Shown here piece after piece: positions 24,461 to 38,699 of a stretch of 64,000 bases of DNA. The DNA lies in contig CM060734.1 in the NCBI GenBank assembly GCA_030704615.1, forward strand, positions 4,092,001 through 4,156,000, in the 5' to 3' direction. Position 1 is the stretch's first letter, and each line of letters begins with the position of its first letter. The DNA comes from Takakia lepidozioides. Taxonomy: Eukaryota; Plantae; Bryophyta. Below the pieces are notes generated by a model. The model was given only the letters and a program-made list of their open reading frames with translations, made no database searches and had not been told where the DNA came from. Position numbers and translations under genes: made by a program.

Positions 24461-27299
24461 TGTCGCGCACCTCACTTCGGTAAGCTCCCCCCTCAAGTCA
24501 TAGTTCCTCGCTTGATGCGCGCGCCTAACTCCCAACCTGGCCGCCGGGCCAACTTGGAGCTCCGGCTGCTCACCGGGGCATAACGGTCCCCCTTTGATCT
24601 CCCAAAGAACCCTCCAACGATTTGGAACCAGCGGAATTCCCTTTGGTAGTTGGCAGTCCGGAACAGCTCCCCACTCTTTGGTCGCTTTCCGGCTCGCTCG
24701 CTTACTCACTAGTTTTTGGTCACCAACGGGCTTGCACCGTTCTCGGGGTTACTACTCCTTATATATACTTCTGTAGTTGTCCGCGGGGGTTTCACAAACA
24801 ACCATGCCATTTTATGGCGAACCACCACGAACACCCTCGACTCCCGGTGATGAGTCGCGGTGAGTCTTGGCCCACCCACCACGGCCCCTATGGACCGTGA
24901 TGAGTCCCAAGACTCCCCACGACTCCCACCACGAGGTCTCCGCCCCAAGGTGAGTCCTATGCCACCCCCACTAAGTCCCGCTAAGCTACCACCACCCCTT
25001 GTGGAGCCACCCCCACCGCAACCCGGTGTGCGGGGCTCCACCTAGTGAGCGCCTCCGCCTCCTTGAGTGTCTTGGGCACTCAAGGGTGCTTCAGCCCCCC
25101 ATACCTATCGCTGCCACTGCCCCCACCACAGGGGCAGCCCCTCTTGTGTCCCGACCCCCTACCCTCAAGGCAAAGGGCCGCGACACACACCCCTACCAAT
25201 AGGGAGTCGATGTCCTCATCGTCTTGTCCATTTTGTGGAAACGAACATCCAAGTTGTGGCGTCCCACATCAAGGAGTTTGTTTCCGTACCATGGCGTCCC
25301 ATGGCAAAGAACCAAACCCCACACTTGACTCTACTCTCCACTAGCTAGTTCGGTCGACTTCCTCCAAGTCCCGGCCAAGGGTGGAGCCTCTCAAGCTCCT
25401 CCCAGTGCACTCTTCTTGGCCTACTTCAAGGCCAAGGAACGATCCTCCCCGAGGATCGAATCGCCTTACTGCAACAACATTGCTTGCGACCACTCATGAT
25501 GCCGCTTTTGGCATCACCTTGAGCAAGGGTTCACCTCGAACCCTCTTTGACTAGGAAGATAACCTTGAACCAACCGCGCACCCCAATCACTACAATTGGG
25601 TCCGCCTTGGAATGCTGGCCTGAGGTACGGGAACACGCCAAAGCCGCACTACGACTTCGTCCCGAGGCTACACGATTATAGTACATGAACGGAAGCACGT
25701 AGCTTCCACGTTAGCCCGCACTACAAAGCAACCCCCTCGGTAGCGCAGTTATAGTATGCGCACGCGCCAGGTGCGCACTAGCACGTGAACTCCTAAAGAA
25801 GGCGCAAGTTTCATTGCCCCTTGGATGGGAGTCACCCGATTTCGGCACTGCGCAAACACACGATTAACTCAATTTACCTCTCCCACTTTTGTAAGCTAGC
25901 ATGCATTCTACACACTAGCCAACCACACCATGCATCACCATTCCAAACAAAATAGGACGCACAACATTTGGAACCCATTTCCTTTATAACAAACTTTCGT
26001 ACAATACAAGTTTTTGCAATCGGATTCCTAAGCTAGCTAAGCCGGGCTAAGCATGCATTTCCTCCCCCACGCTCCAAGGTTGATGTCCCCATCAACGCTT
26101 CTTCCGCTTTTGAGGTCGCCCTTCGAAAACTGCAACCGCCTCGGATGCGTTTCCCATTTCTGAGGCACGCACCAAGATGCCTCCACGTGATGATAGCCCT
26201 TCCATTTGACGAGATACTCCGTTTCTCGGTTCTTGAACCTCCTCGACTTAAGTACTGCCTCCACCTCGTACTCAGGTTCATTTTCATGATCCAACAGCAC
26301 AGGTGGCGGACGCAACACTTGATGCCGATTCGGACGCGCTTCATCTTTGAAGTAAGGCTTCAAAAGGGAGACGTGGAATACTGGATGCACCTTGCTATTT
26401 GCCGGCAGCTCCAATTCATACACATCCTCATTCATAACCTTCCGGATGCGAAAGGGTCCCGCATACGGAGGTACGAACTTTGGACTCACTTCCGGAGGTA
26501 GTCGGAAATTCTTGATGTTCAACCAGACCTCCGTGCCTGCCTCAAACTTCACTTCCCTCCGCTTTCGATTCACCTGCCTTTCATACCGTTTCCTAGCTTT
26601 GGCAATGTTGTACTTTGCGAGCTTCAACAAACGCTCGCGTTCTTCCAGTACCGCCGCTACTGCCGGTTCCTCAACGTCCTGGGCGGCCCAACTTGTCGGC
26701 ACCAGAGGTGCTTTTCCATAGACCAATACGAAAGGGGAAACTCCCGTTGCGGAGTGTTCTGTGTTATTATAACAGAACTCTGCCGCGTCTTAGTATTCCA
26801 CCGAGTCTGTTTGGTCTGTCGACACGTAATTCCGCAAGAATTGCTTTACTACGGAATTCACTCTTTCCGTTTGGCCGTCGGTCGTAGGTCGGAAGGCGGT
26901 GCTCATCTTCAGCCTCGTCCCCATCTTCTTCCAAAGTGCCCTCCAAAATTTACTCGTAAACTTTGGATCGCGGTCCGAGACAATATCCTTCGGGACTCCA
27001 TGATGCTTTAAGACGTGGGCGAAGTAAAGTCGCCATGTTTCCTTCACCGTTGCGTCTCTTTGGTGGGGATGAAATGGCCCATTTTACTGAACCTATCCAC
27101 CACCACCATGATTGCATCGAATCCTTTTGACAGTGGCATAGCAGTCATGAAATCCATCGAGACGCTTTCCCAAGTCCTCTCTGGAATCGGCAAGGGTTGT
27201 AAGAGCCCTGCTTGCTTTTTGTACTTGCTCCGGTTTTGTTGGCATGTGGTGCATGTCTTGATATACTCCTCTGCCTCCTCCCTCAGTTTGGGCCAGAAT
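24461..27299 (-). mobile_element. 3' half of chromovirus (integrase + chromodomain + 3' LTR 24461-25185)
   Basis: CTTC zinc motif, SMDF, SDRD, TDGQTERVN integrase core, chromodomain; flank GCGTG at 24456-24460. Confidence 0.9.
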
Positions 27300-27699
27300 T
27301 GAAGTATTTTGCCACGCAGCCCAAGTTGTCCCCAAAACAACTTAGGTGGCAAGATACTTTGGCGGTGTTCGACGTGGATATCCAGTACAAACCGGGACAG
27401 GACAACGTGGTGGCTGATGCTTTAATTAGAAAGCAGCAGCTCTTGTTGGTGTACAGGGGCGAGACGGCGCTCCAAAAGAAGATCCGGAAGGCTTGCCGAA
27501 AGGATGAGCTGGCGAAGTAGGATGGGGGTTAAATCGCAGTTCCACTTGCAAAATGGACTGCTCCGGTATAAGCAAAAGCGTCTCTACGTGCCGAAGGGAG
27601 GGATCAGAGATAGCCTCTTGAGAGAATGCCATGATAGCCCGCTTGCGGACCACGACGGAGCCAAGCGCACTGCGGCACTCTTGAAGAAATGTCATTCTG
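27300..27699 (+). mobile_element. Inverted internal piece of the same chromovirus (RNaseH end to integrase start)
   Basis: KYFATQPKLSPKQLRWQD..LLRECHDSP; starts at the base where the 53641-57318 copy stops. Confidence 0.85.
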
Positions 27700-27866
27700 A
27701 ACATTCCCATGGTGTACATCTACATCAAATGTGAGCCTGGCAGCCCTGGCCAGAGAAGAACATGAAGAGGGCTTACAATTTCGTTCGCCCGGGCATAGAC
27801 ATTACTGGCAATGAGAAGAAGGCAGGAAAGCAGTTCAGTGTTCCTAGCATGCATGCGGAGACGCCG

Positions 27867-27949
27867 TGTCGTGCGCATACACCTCGCTACACAACTACAT
27901 CGCTGTCCAAACCACACAACATATATGCACAATAAAGTAGTCTGCCACA
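27867..27949 (-). repeat. Repeat A, terminal copy (83 bp)
   Basis: Matches 28241-28323 with ~3 mismatches; TG...CA ends. Confidence 0.9.
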
Positions 27950-27950
27950 A

Positions 27951-28238
27951 TGAAAAGATGCACAAAACCAAACCAACATTTCACTCATAAAATAAGAATC
28001 AAGCCCGCTGCACCCCCAAGGCTTAGGGGAATCAACAGTATACGCGCCATAGCCGACGCGGGAGGCTTAACTCGAGAGAGATGAGCCTCGCCGCGCGTTC
28101 GCCGTGAAGATAAGCCACGCCCAGGGGCCAACAAATATCTTGACCCCTGGGTTGACACTTGGATCAAGCCCAAGTGTCATATATAAAAACTAGTTATTTA
28201 TTGGCTAGTTTCACACTACTAGTAAACTTTACTTGACA
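27951..28238 (-). repeat. Repeat B, 3' copy (288 bp)
   Basis: Matches 44482-44769 with ~3 transitions. Confidence 0.95.
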
Positions 28239-28240
28239 GC

Positions 28241-28323
28241 TGTCGTGCGCATACACCTCGTTACACAACTACATCGATGTCCAAACCACACAACATATAC
28301 GCACAATAAAGTAGTCTGCCACA
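28241..28323 (-). repeat. Repeat A, internal copy, preceded on the minus strand by a polypurine tract
   Basis: Minus strand reads a G-run polypurine tract, then CGAT|TGTGGCAGAC. Confidence 0.9.
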
Positions 28324-28580
28324 ATCGCCCCCCTAGTTGGTGGTTAGGTCCCTCTAACTCCAGATAGCTATAAGTTGTAATACCCACAGCCGTACTAAGT
28401 CATTTATCACTGTCCCTATCGTACTCAAACTCTATAGACCAAGAGGCCGGGTACAAAAGTAGCCCCATCGTTAGTCGTTGTCTTGTTATCTGTGAACTTG
28501 AGCCAAGATCTCGTATGTTGGTCTCCTAGTAGTTTGACCTTGCATTTCTTGTTAGCCTTCCATGGTTGTATCCACTCCCA

Positions 28581-29936
28581 CTATCCAATGCAATGCGGAC
28601 ATAACCAATCCTCATCAAGAACCATCACAAGAGGTGGAGTCAAGCATCCTATATGCCAACCTCTAGAGCATCGATCACACACCAGCATGGTGGTTGCCCC
28701 TCTAGCAGACCCACACAACATGCACCTCAAACTTGCAGGTACCACTGCCAAGTTTGGGTCAATCCTGCCATCGACATTCGGAAGGTGACATGGCACGCAA
28801 TTACGTACATGGTCCTTCCAAGTCATGCCATCCCGACCCTCCAAGATCAAGATGCCTGAGGGCAATACCTCTCGAACCCTCAAAATAACACGTCTTGCAG
28901 TCACATCCAGGGTCGTTGGAGCAGTCTGCTGCAAATAAACATAGTCACCAGGGTGAAATCTCCAAACCCCAGGACGATAGCCCCCACCACGTATGATAGC
29001 ATACCTCAACATATCACGATGTTGTGCAATGACAAGGTTCTCGAAAGCCATGGGCATGACTTTCTTGAACAACTCCGCGCGCTGACCATATGCACGTGCC
29101 CACACGTCCGGATCGTCAAGGTTGAGAACTGTAGCAGCTTCTCTACGAATGGATTCAGGCAAATCTGGCTCTCGGCCAAAGAGAAGAAAGTATGGTGAGA
29201 AGGAGGCAAGTGATGCTTGCTTGCTGAACCTGTAGCCCATAGCTAACCAGGGTAACTGAAGGTCCCATTCTCCTAGGTGTCCCTTCTGCAAGCCATACTT
29301 GCGCAAACCCCTCTTCACTGTCTGAACAACCCTCTCTGCCAAGCCATCGGCCTCAGGATGATCCCGAGAAGTGGTGCGGTGGTCTACCAAGGCATTGTCA
29401 CACAACGCCTGAACCTCAACCAAGAACTCTCTGCTTTGGTCCGTGAGTACCTCAGCTGGAGCACCAAATCGGCTAAGTACACAATCCAAGAATGCATACT
29501 CACTAGCCTTATCAGGCAATAAACCAACTCGATCCACTTGGAGAAGTGCTCCACCATCACCAACACGTACTTGTTGTGGCGCATGGTCAATGGCAACGGC
29601 CCTGGAAAGTCAAGACTCCACCTGTAGCCCAATCCCATGAGGGTGCAACTGTGGTGTAGGGGCAATGAATGAAGCATGCACCCTGTCACACACCATGCAC
29701 CTAGCCACAAATTGTTGCACCTCTGTGTGCATACCACGCCACCAATACTGCCCCTGCAGTAGACTATGAGTGCGTCGCACCCCAAAATGCCCCAATTCCT
29801 CATGGGCATGCCGCACTAACCGTGCCCGCTGTGTTGGGTGAGGCACAATCCTCACTCGACCATCCTCCCACACTCGGAGCAGGTGTGTCCCCTCCCACTT
29901 GAACCTCTTGGCTTGTTGTAGGATCTGATCCCTCTC
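28581..29936 (-). pseudogene. Gypsy integrase with C-terminal PHD finger
   Basis: HEELGHFG..CMVC zinc domain, VLTDQ, EADGLAERVVQ core; C-terminal CMLC..LVCDRCSRGWHIGCLTPPL..WLCPHC (C4HC3). Confidence 0.9.
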
Positions 29937-32900
29937 TGTCGCGGCCCTTTGCCTTGAGGGCAGGGAGGTCGGGACACAAGAGGGGCTGCCCCTGTGGTGG
30001 GGGCAGTGGCAGCGATAGGTACGGGGGCTGAAGCACCCTTGAGTGCCCAAGGCACTCAAGGAGGCGGAGGCGATCACTAGGTGGAGCCCCGCACACCGGG
30101 TTGCGGTGGGGGTGGCTCCACAAGGGGTGGTGGTAGCTTAGCGGGACTTAGTGGGGGTGGCATAGGACTCACCATGGGGGCGGAGACCTCGTGGTGGGAG
30201 TCGTGGGGAGTCTTGGGACTCATCACGGTCCATAGGGGCCGTGGTGAGCGGGCCAAGACTCACCGCGACTCATCACCTGGAGTCGAGGGTTTTCGTGGTG
30301 GTTCGCCATAAAATGGCATGGCTGGTTGTGGAACCCCCGCGGACAGCTACAGAAGTTATATAAGGGAGTAGTGACCCCGAGAACGGTGCAAGCCCGTTGG
30401 TGACCAAAAACTAGTGAGTAAGCGAGCGAGCCGGAAAGCGACCAAAGAGTGGGGAGCTGTTCCGGACTGCCATCTACCAAAGGGAATTCTCCTAGTCCCA
30501 ATTAGGTGGAGGGTTTAGAGGAAGCAAAGGGGGACCGTTATGTCCCGGTGAGCAGCCGAAGCTCCAAGTTGGCCGGCGGCCAGGTTGGGAGTCAGGCGCG
30601 CGCATCAAAGCGAGTAACTATGACTTGAAGGGGAGCTTACCGAAGTGAGGTGCGCGACACTTGGTATCAGAGCTTAGAGTTCAGTACGCGATTGTCCTTG
30701 GGATTGGCCTCATCATGGGGTCGGGCAAGCCGAAGCGAAAGCGGAACGGCCCAAAAGATGATGATCCCGGTGAGCCCGATGGGGGCGACGCGTCACCGAG
30801 GCGGCCGTTTGAGGAAGCGATGCATGTTTCCGAAACGAGGCCGCTCAAGAGCGGGAGGAATCCGAGGAGTCGGAGCCGAGGAATCCTTGAGAGCTCCGAT
30901 AAACCAAGAGATGCCTCCCATGCCGGCAGCCTTTTGGAAGGGTTGTTGGCGCAGTTTGGCGGGACGTTGAGAGACGTGTTGAAGGTGGCTAATGCCACTT
31001 CCACTAAGGCAAAGTTTAAGGTGAACCTAAGGAACCCGCACCTTCGAGGGCGTCCAAATCGGAAGGCACTCAACACCTGGCTCCTGGAGCTAGAGCAGTA
31101 CTTCCGGGCGGCCAAGTTGAGTGACGAGGATCGGGTGGAAGTGGCTCCCACCTATTTGAGGGGCTATGCTCAACAATGGTGGCAAAACGCCTTCACGACC
31201 GAGGTCCAAGCCCGGAAACCTTGAACTGGAGTGGGTTCAAGGAATTGATGAAGAGACAGTTTGTGCCCCTCAACGCGTCCTGGCTTGCCCGGGACAAGAT
31301 GAGAATTTGAAGCAAACAGATGACATTCGGGGTATGTCCGGGCTTTCAATGTGCTGTTGCTCGAAGTCGCAGACATGGCAGAACCAGAAATGGTCTTCAA
31401 CTTTGTGGCGGGACTGGCCCATGGGCCAGACGGAAGTTGGAGGAGAAGCCACCCAAGACTTTGAACGAGGCAATTGAGAGGGCTGAATGTTTCTCAGATG
31501 TCCCTAGGGGTGAAAGACAAGGCGGTACAGAGCTGAACCACAAGAAGATTCGGCGGGAAGGTGACTCATTCCGACCGGAAAAGAAGTGGGATAGGCCACG
31601 CGGCAAAAATGGCACGTGGAAATCGAAGGGAGGGCCTTCACACGTCAAGGCGACACCCGGTGCTTCAAAAGGAAAAGCGGGTGGAGCGGCTTATGGCGGA
31701 CAGAAGGCGACCTTTGATGGAGTGTGTTTCAATTGCGGGGAGCCCGGCACATGGCCAAGAAGTGCACGAAGCCCCGGCAATTGAACATGACTCAGGCGAC
31801 CACGGAGCTGTCGGAAGATACCATCAGTCGCTTGGTGGAAGCGGTGGTCGCCAGACTTGCAAGGTAGGCAAATTTTCTTGTGAGTTGTATCAGGAAACTG
31901 GCGCCTTACGAAAAGGGAGTCAGTTATTGTTCGTGGATGGGATAATATCCGGAACTAATGTGTCGTTGTTGGTGGACACAGGACGGTCGCACTCCTTCAT
32001 GACACCGGCAACGACACAAAAGCTGGGACTCCCGACAAGTGACGTGGGGGCCTCTATTGAGGTGCGTTCTGCCAAAGGAGAAACACAGTGGGCGACAAGG
32101 TTGGCGATTGATGTTCCTCTTCAACTGGGAGTTGGGAGGGACGTGAAAACTTCACCATCTGCGAGATCGATGGAGTGGATCTCATTTTGGGGATGACCTT
32201 TTTGAGCAAATCCGGAGCGGTCATAGATGGCCGCAAGAGAGTAGTCACGCTGCCATGTGGGAATGGTGGCGAGGTTTTACGAGTGTCTGAAACGCCCAAA
32301 TCCGTGGGAGGGCAAATAAACCTTCTGTCAGCAAAGGAGTGGGCCGTGGAGGAGACACACGAGCCCCAGTTTTTGCTTTACGTTAGAGAAGTGAAAGGAG
32401 AAGGCGATGGGGAGCCGAGCCCAGATTGGATCAAGGGGATTTTGGAGAAATACCAGGATGTGATGCCGGAGGATTTACCAAGCGGCTTGCCACCGCGAAG
32501 AGGAGTTGACCACAAGATTGAGGTGATACCGGGATCGGAACCGCCTGCCAAGGCACCCTACCGGTTGAGCCACAGAGAATTGGTCGAGCTGAAGACTCAG
32601 CTCAAGGATCTAATGTCAAAGGGGTACATCCGGCCGAGTAAGTCACCTTACGGAGCCCCGGTGCTATTTGCAGACAAGAAGGATGGGACGCTGCGGATGT
32701 GTGTCGATTACAGGGCTCTGAATAAGGTGACTATCAAAACCGGTACCCTTTGCCAAGGATCGACGACCTCTTCGATCGGTTGGCAGGAGCGAAGTATTTC
32801 AGCCGGGTCGACTTGCGCTCCGGCTATCACCAAATTCGGGTGGCAGAAGGAGATGAGGAGAAGACCGCGTGCAGGACAAGGTATGGTTCATATGAGTTCT

Positions 32901-35311
32901 TGGTGATGCCTTTTGGGCTCACCAATGCACCAGCGACATTTAGCACGCTGATGAACAGCCTTTTCCAGGAGTGGTTGGATGACTTTGTGATCGTGTACAT
33001 CGACGACATCTTGGTGTACTTGAAAACAAAGGAGGAGCACCTGGAGCACCTCAAAAGGGTGTTCCAAAAATTGCGGGAAGGGAAGCTGTATGCCAAAGCT
33101 TCAAAGTGCGAATTCGGGGTCACAAAAGTGGAGTTCCTGGGGCATGTGATTACACAGGATGGGATCAAAATGGATGACATAAAGGTGAGGGCGATCTTGG
33201 ACTGGGAGCCTCCGACTTCGGTCCCGGGAGTGCGATCCTTCCTAGGACTCGCCTCCTATTACCGGAAGTATGTGAGAAATTTTGCCAAGATCGCGGGGCC
33301 GCTGTCAGACCTTCTGTGTAAATCCAAAGTCTGGGTATGGAACACATTTTGTGGCCAAGCTTTTGCTGAATTGAAGCAGCGGATGACGGAAGCTCCAGTC
33401 TCGATCGTCCGTTTGAGATTCATACAGATGCATCGGACTTCGCGATTGGGGGTGTTCTTATGCAAGATGGACGTCCAGTGGCTTACGAAAGTAAGAAGCT
33501 GAATGAAGTGGAGCGACGGTGGCCGACGCACGAAAAAGAGATGAAGGCGGTGGTGCATTGCCTTGAGCTCTGGCGCCACTATGTTGGTTCCAACCCAGTG
33601 AAGGTGTTCACGGACAATGTCACGGTGAAGTATTTTGCCACGCAGCCCAAGTTGTCCCCAAAACAACTTAGGTGGCAAGATACTTTGGCAGTGTTCGACG
33701 TGGATATCCAGTACAAACCGGGACGGGACAATGTGGTGGCCGATGCTTTAAGTAGAAAGCAGTAGCTCTTGTTAGTGTACAAGGGCGAGACGGCGCTCCA
33801 AAGGAAGATCCGGAAGGCTTGTCGGAAGGATGAGCTGGCAAAGTCCGTGATGCAGGACTTGAGAATGGGGGTTAAATCGCAGTTCCACTTGCAAAATGGA
33901 CTGCTCCGGTATAAGCAAAAACGTCTCTACGTGCCGAAGGGAGGGATCAGAGATAGCCTTTTGAGAGAATGCCTTCTTTGGGAGTTCACGTGCTAGTGCG
34001 CATCTGGCGCGTGCGCGTACTATAACTGCGCTACCGGGGGTTCCTTGTAGTGCGGGCTAACGCGGAAGCTACGTGCTTCCGTTCACGTAGTATAATCGTG
34101 TAGCCTCGGGACGAAGTCGTAGTGCGGCTTCGGCGTGTTCCCGTACCTCAGGCCAGCATTCCAAGGCGGACCCAATTGTAGTGATTGGGGCGCACGGTTG
34201 GTTCAAGGTTATCTTCCTAGTCAAAGAGGGTTCCAGGTGAACCCTTGCTCAAGGTGATGCCAAAAGCGGCATCATGAGCGATCGCAAGCAATGTTGATGC
34301 AGTAAGGCGATTCGATCCTCGGGGAGGATCGTTCCTTGGCCTTGAAGTAGGCCAAGAAGAGTGCACTGGGAGGAGCTTGAGAGGCTCCACCCTTGGCCGG
34401 GACTTGGAGGAAGTCGACCGAACTAGCTAGTGGAGAGTAGAGTCAAGTGTGGGGTTGGTTCTTTGCCATGGGACGCCATGGTACGGAAACAAACTCCTTG
34501 ATGTGGGACGCCACAACTTGGATGTTCGTTTCTACAAAATGGACAAGTCGATGAGGACATCGACTCCCTGTTGGTAGAGGTGTGTGTCGCGGCCCTTTGC
34601 CTTGAGGGCAGGGAGGTCGGGACACAAGAGGGGCTGCCCCTGGTGTGGGGGCAGTGGCAGCGATAGGTACGGGGGCTGAAGCACCCTTGAGTGCCCAAGG
34701 CACTCAAGGAGGCGGAGGCGCTCACTAGGTGGAGCCCCGCACACCGGGTTGCGGTGGGGGTGGCTCCACAAGGGGTGGTGGTAGCTTAGCGGGACTTAGT
34801 GGGGGTGGCATAGGACTCACCATGGGGGCGGAGACCTCGTGGTGGGAGTCGTGGGGAGTCTTGGGACTCATCACGGTCCATAGGGGCCGTGGTGAGCGGG
34901 CCAAGACTCACCGCGACTCATCACCGGGAGTCGAGGGTTTTCGTGGTGGTTCGCCATAAAATGGCATGGCTGGTTGTGGAACCCCCGCGGACAGCTACAG
35001 AAGTATATATAAGGGGAGTAGTGACCCCGAGAACGGTGCAAGCCCGTTGGTGACCAAAAACTAGTGAGTAAGCGAGCGAGCCGGAAAGCGACCAAAGAGT
35101 GGGGAGCTGTTCCGGACTGCCATCTACCAAAGGGAATTCTCCTAGTCCCAATTAGGTGGAGGGTTTAGAGGGAAGCAAAGGGGGACCGTTATGTCCCGGT
35201 GAGCAGCCAAAGCTCCAAGTTGGCCGGGCGGCCAGGTTGGGAGTCAGGCGCGCGCATCAAAGCGAGTAACTATGACTTGAAGGGGAGCTTACCGAAGTGA
35301 GGTACGCGACA
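29937..35311 (+). mobile_element. Nested chromovirus with two LTRs, integrase deleted
   Basis: LTRs 29937-30659 and 34585-35311; 5-bp TSD CTCTC; PBS TGGTATCAGAGC; gag/PR/RT (YIDD)/RH with frameshifts; deletion junction ~33972. Confidence 0.95.
30662..30673 (+). promoter_or_regulatory. Primer-binding site for initiator tRNA-Met
   Basis: TGGTATCAGAGC 2 nt after the LTR; also at 54356-54367. Confidence 0.9.
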
Positions 35312-37030
35312 CTCTCCTTGACAGTCACAGTGGCTGCCGTGTCTCCAGTGCGGAGATAGTCCAACACAGCTGAATCCTCATGTATATCTTTGGCGCCACC
35401 TTGCTCATTGTTGGCCTCAGGGTCCTCAGACACTCGGTCTACAGTCATCCTGTTGTAAGTCCAACGAGGCCTTCCGCTGCCAAGATACACAGAAATGCAG
35501 ATGCATGCCATCCGGGCACCATCTCCTCGTCCGTCTCACCATGCCACCGAGCTCCAGTGTCATCCTGCTGGCTCGTGCATGGATTGCGACTCAACCCATC
35601 TGCATTGCGATTGACCAAATCCGGTCGATGCACCACCTGAAAGTCATACTCTTGAAGGATGAGTGCCCATCGTGCAAGCTTCCTCGTAAGCTTGTCTGAC
35701 TCCATCAACCACTTGAGTGGTTGGTGATCCGTGACAAGGGTGAAGAGATTGCCATATAGATAGCACCTGAAGTGTGCCACGGCCCACACTGCAGCTAAGC
35801 ATTCTCCCTCATATGAGCTATACTTAGACTCTGCATCATTGTTCGAGCGGCTAGCATAAGCCACTATGAACTCTCTTCCCTCATCATCCACCTGTGTGAG
35901 CACCGCTCCAAGCCCCAGCATGCTCCAATCTATATGCAGCTGAAAAAGGACGCCCCCTGATAGGTCGTCTCAAGATGGGCGCCGAGGTCAACCTCGCCTT
36001 GAGCTCTTGGAAAGCTCGTTCTTGCTCATCTTCCCACTGCCACTCCTGGTCCACCTTGATCAGCTTGGTTAGAGCCTTTGCAATGGCACTAAATCCCTTG
36101 ACAAACCGTCTATAATAGTTTGCCAACCCCATGAAAGCTCGAACTCGACTCACATCCGTGGGGCGTGGAATTTGTGCAATGGCCTCTACCTTAGTCTACT
36201 GTACCCCCAATCCTCCAGGATATATCATGTGACCCAGATACTCAATATGGTTGTGAAAAAACTTGCACTTCCCCGGATGTAACTTCAATCCGTGTGCCCT
36301 CAAGCGCTCAAATACGACCTAGAGGTGTCTCTCATGCTCCTCCACCGTAGCACTAAAGATGATGATGTCATCTATGTAGCACCAAGCAAACTCCACCCCT
36401 GCTAGAATCCTGTCCATGACTCTCTGAAACTCTGCAGGAGCGTTCTTAAGCCCAAATGGTAAGAACCGCCACTGGTATAGGCAATCCTTCCGTGCTCATT
36501 GATCCCCCAGAATGTCGTCTTCTGCTTATCCGCCTCCTTGATCGGCAACTGGTGATATCCGGATTGTAAATCCAAAGTGCCAAAAACCTTGGCATGCCCA
36601 ATGGCATCAAAGATCTCCTCTGGTGTTGGCATGGCATACCTATCGGACTTGGTCTGACGATTTACAGGCCGGTAATCACCACACATACGTCTCTCTGTCC
36701 AATTGCCATAGACATCCTTCGTGGCTGGCATCACTGTGGCTGAAGCATACTCTCCACTAGATAGCTCCACCAAACCAGCCTCCCAGAGGTCCTGAGTCCT
36801 CATCTGAATCAAGGACCTCTCCATGTCACTGTATCTATAGGGTCTCCAAAAGATTGGCGAGTCAGTGGCCAATTCAATGCGAATCTCTTGACCCTTCAGT
36901 GCTCCCAAGTCCTTCAAACTGAAGGCAAAGCAGTTCTTGTAAGCCCTCAAGAACCGCCGTATACGTCGTCTCTCTCCTCCGGTAACTATGGGTCCAACAT
37001 CAGGCTCCCAGTTGTCCTCCATGACTGCAA
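35312..37030 (-). pseudogene. RT and RNase H of the DNMT-Gypsy element
   Basis: RMCGDYRPVN, LDLQSGYHQ, YIDD (~36370), AYASRS, TDHQPL, NADGLSR. Confidence 0.95.
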
Positions 37031-37388
37031 CCTTGAGTCCAGCAGGCTTGGAGGTAGAAGACGCGTCCCGTGGTTGCTATGCTGCAACCTCTTGAGCAGT
37101 GACCACTACCTTCTCTGTCAGTGACAATGTCTCATCCTACCCCATCATCCCATCCTTAAGGACATCCTCAACCCGAGAAAAATCCCCAACCTCATCCATC
37201 ACCGCCGCCTTGGCTGCCAACTCCCTCTGAACTTCGAGCACCTCCCACGTGTGCCATGGATGTGGCCTGCACCTCGTGGTCCTCACCTGTTCGCCCCCAC
37301 TCATTGCTTGTACCGTCTTGGTAGGCAGAGAGACCATCAAGGGAAGTGTACTCCATACTCTGCGCTGCTCAGCCATAGCCAAGCTGAT

Positions 37389-38323
37389 AATCCAGGTCAA
37401 GCAATTGAGATCCATTGCTTGCCCCAGCACCTGACGACGTGATCCCCCAGAAAGAGATGGCACCGCCATGGTACCAGTGGTAAAACCCATCGCCCGCTCG
37501 CGCTCGTCAGCATTGGGCTCCACTAATTGCTGCAACTGGCTATCCCACAAGAGGCCAGGTCCACCATCCCGAAAACCATGAGATCCTGGAAAGCTGAGGA
37601 GTGTAGGCAATGCTGCCGTGGGTGACCCACCTTATTGAACACTGCCAAAGGTGATCGGTCATCGTGTCTCACACGCTGAGACTGCCTCCCTATGTCCAAA
37701 TGCTATCAACCGTGAGGTTTGGTGGCCGCTGTACCCCATCAAATGCACGTTTGAGCATTGCAGGTGGCATCAAGTTGGTCCACCATAGTCGTGGGCGATG
37801 AGCCCGTGACCCTACTGCAGCTATCTAGCAACACTGCTGACCCAAGCCAAGACCGCACTTGATATATATTGGCCATCACCTTGGCCCGAGAATCACGCAT
37901 CAATGGCACATTCTCCAAGATATATGTCGGAGAGTCTGTCTTCTGAAACTGTAAATAGTGCAGAACCCTCAACATCTCCCAAAACAGGCGTGACCTTGAG
38001 TCTTGTAACTCATTGTCATACCCAGCTGATGAAAGCCCTTGGCAGGGCCAACCTGCCACTACTAAGTGAATAGGGCCAACCTGCTCCAAATCATGCGCTC
38101 CCAGCAAGGAGATGTCTGCTGGCAAGGCTTGTTGGTATCCACGAACTATAGACACTGGCAACAAATCAGGGTACTGCTGCACCAACTGAGCAACATGGCG
38201 CAGTGAGACGCGTCGTGCAGTCTCATCCCTCTCCACATATAGGTAACATCGAACTCGTACACCTGTCTGCAGCACTGCAGCCAATCCAGTGCTAATCCCG
38301 CCAAACAAGTCCAGAAGGCATAT
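37389..38323 (-). pseudogene. DNMT3-like DNA (cytosine-5) methyltransferase domain within the polyprotein
   Basis: Motif I LDLFGG, II YVERD, IV AGWPCQ, VI LENV, VIII (after frameshift ~37820) AHRPRLWWTN, IX-X ERERAMGF..RRQVLGQAM. Confidence 0.9.
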
Positions 38324-38699
38324 GCCTTCATCCGGGCACTGCCACACAAGAGGTGTGGTGTCCAATGGCGACAACTGAGGTGGTCCTGGTGCAATCACCG
38401 CACTTTCCTCCTCTCTTGACGGTACAAAGGCCTCTACCCAGGCTTGTTGCACCCGTCTATCAGCAGCCTGCTGCAAATCCTTGCTTGTACCCCACAATGG
38501 AATGTGAGCAGCCATGGCAGGTAACTCCGCCATACCATGCATGTCATCTTGCTCTGCTAGAGGTGGCACATCCTCTGTATGGGCATTGCCCTCCAGCAAC
38601 TCTCCAGGCCAACTAACTACAGCTGTGAAGGCTGCTAGTGTTGGCATCTTGCCCCGTTGGGCAGCAGCAACACCCCCAATGAACGTCACAGAGAGCTGT

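Noticed and set aside
37389-38323. Host DNMT3/DRM gene or bacterial contamination
   Set aside because: Intronless, in frame with the retroviral protease, and inside TSD-bounded element termini
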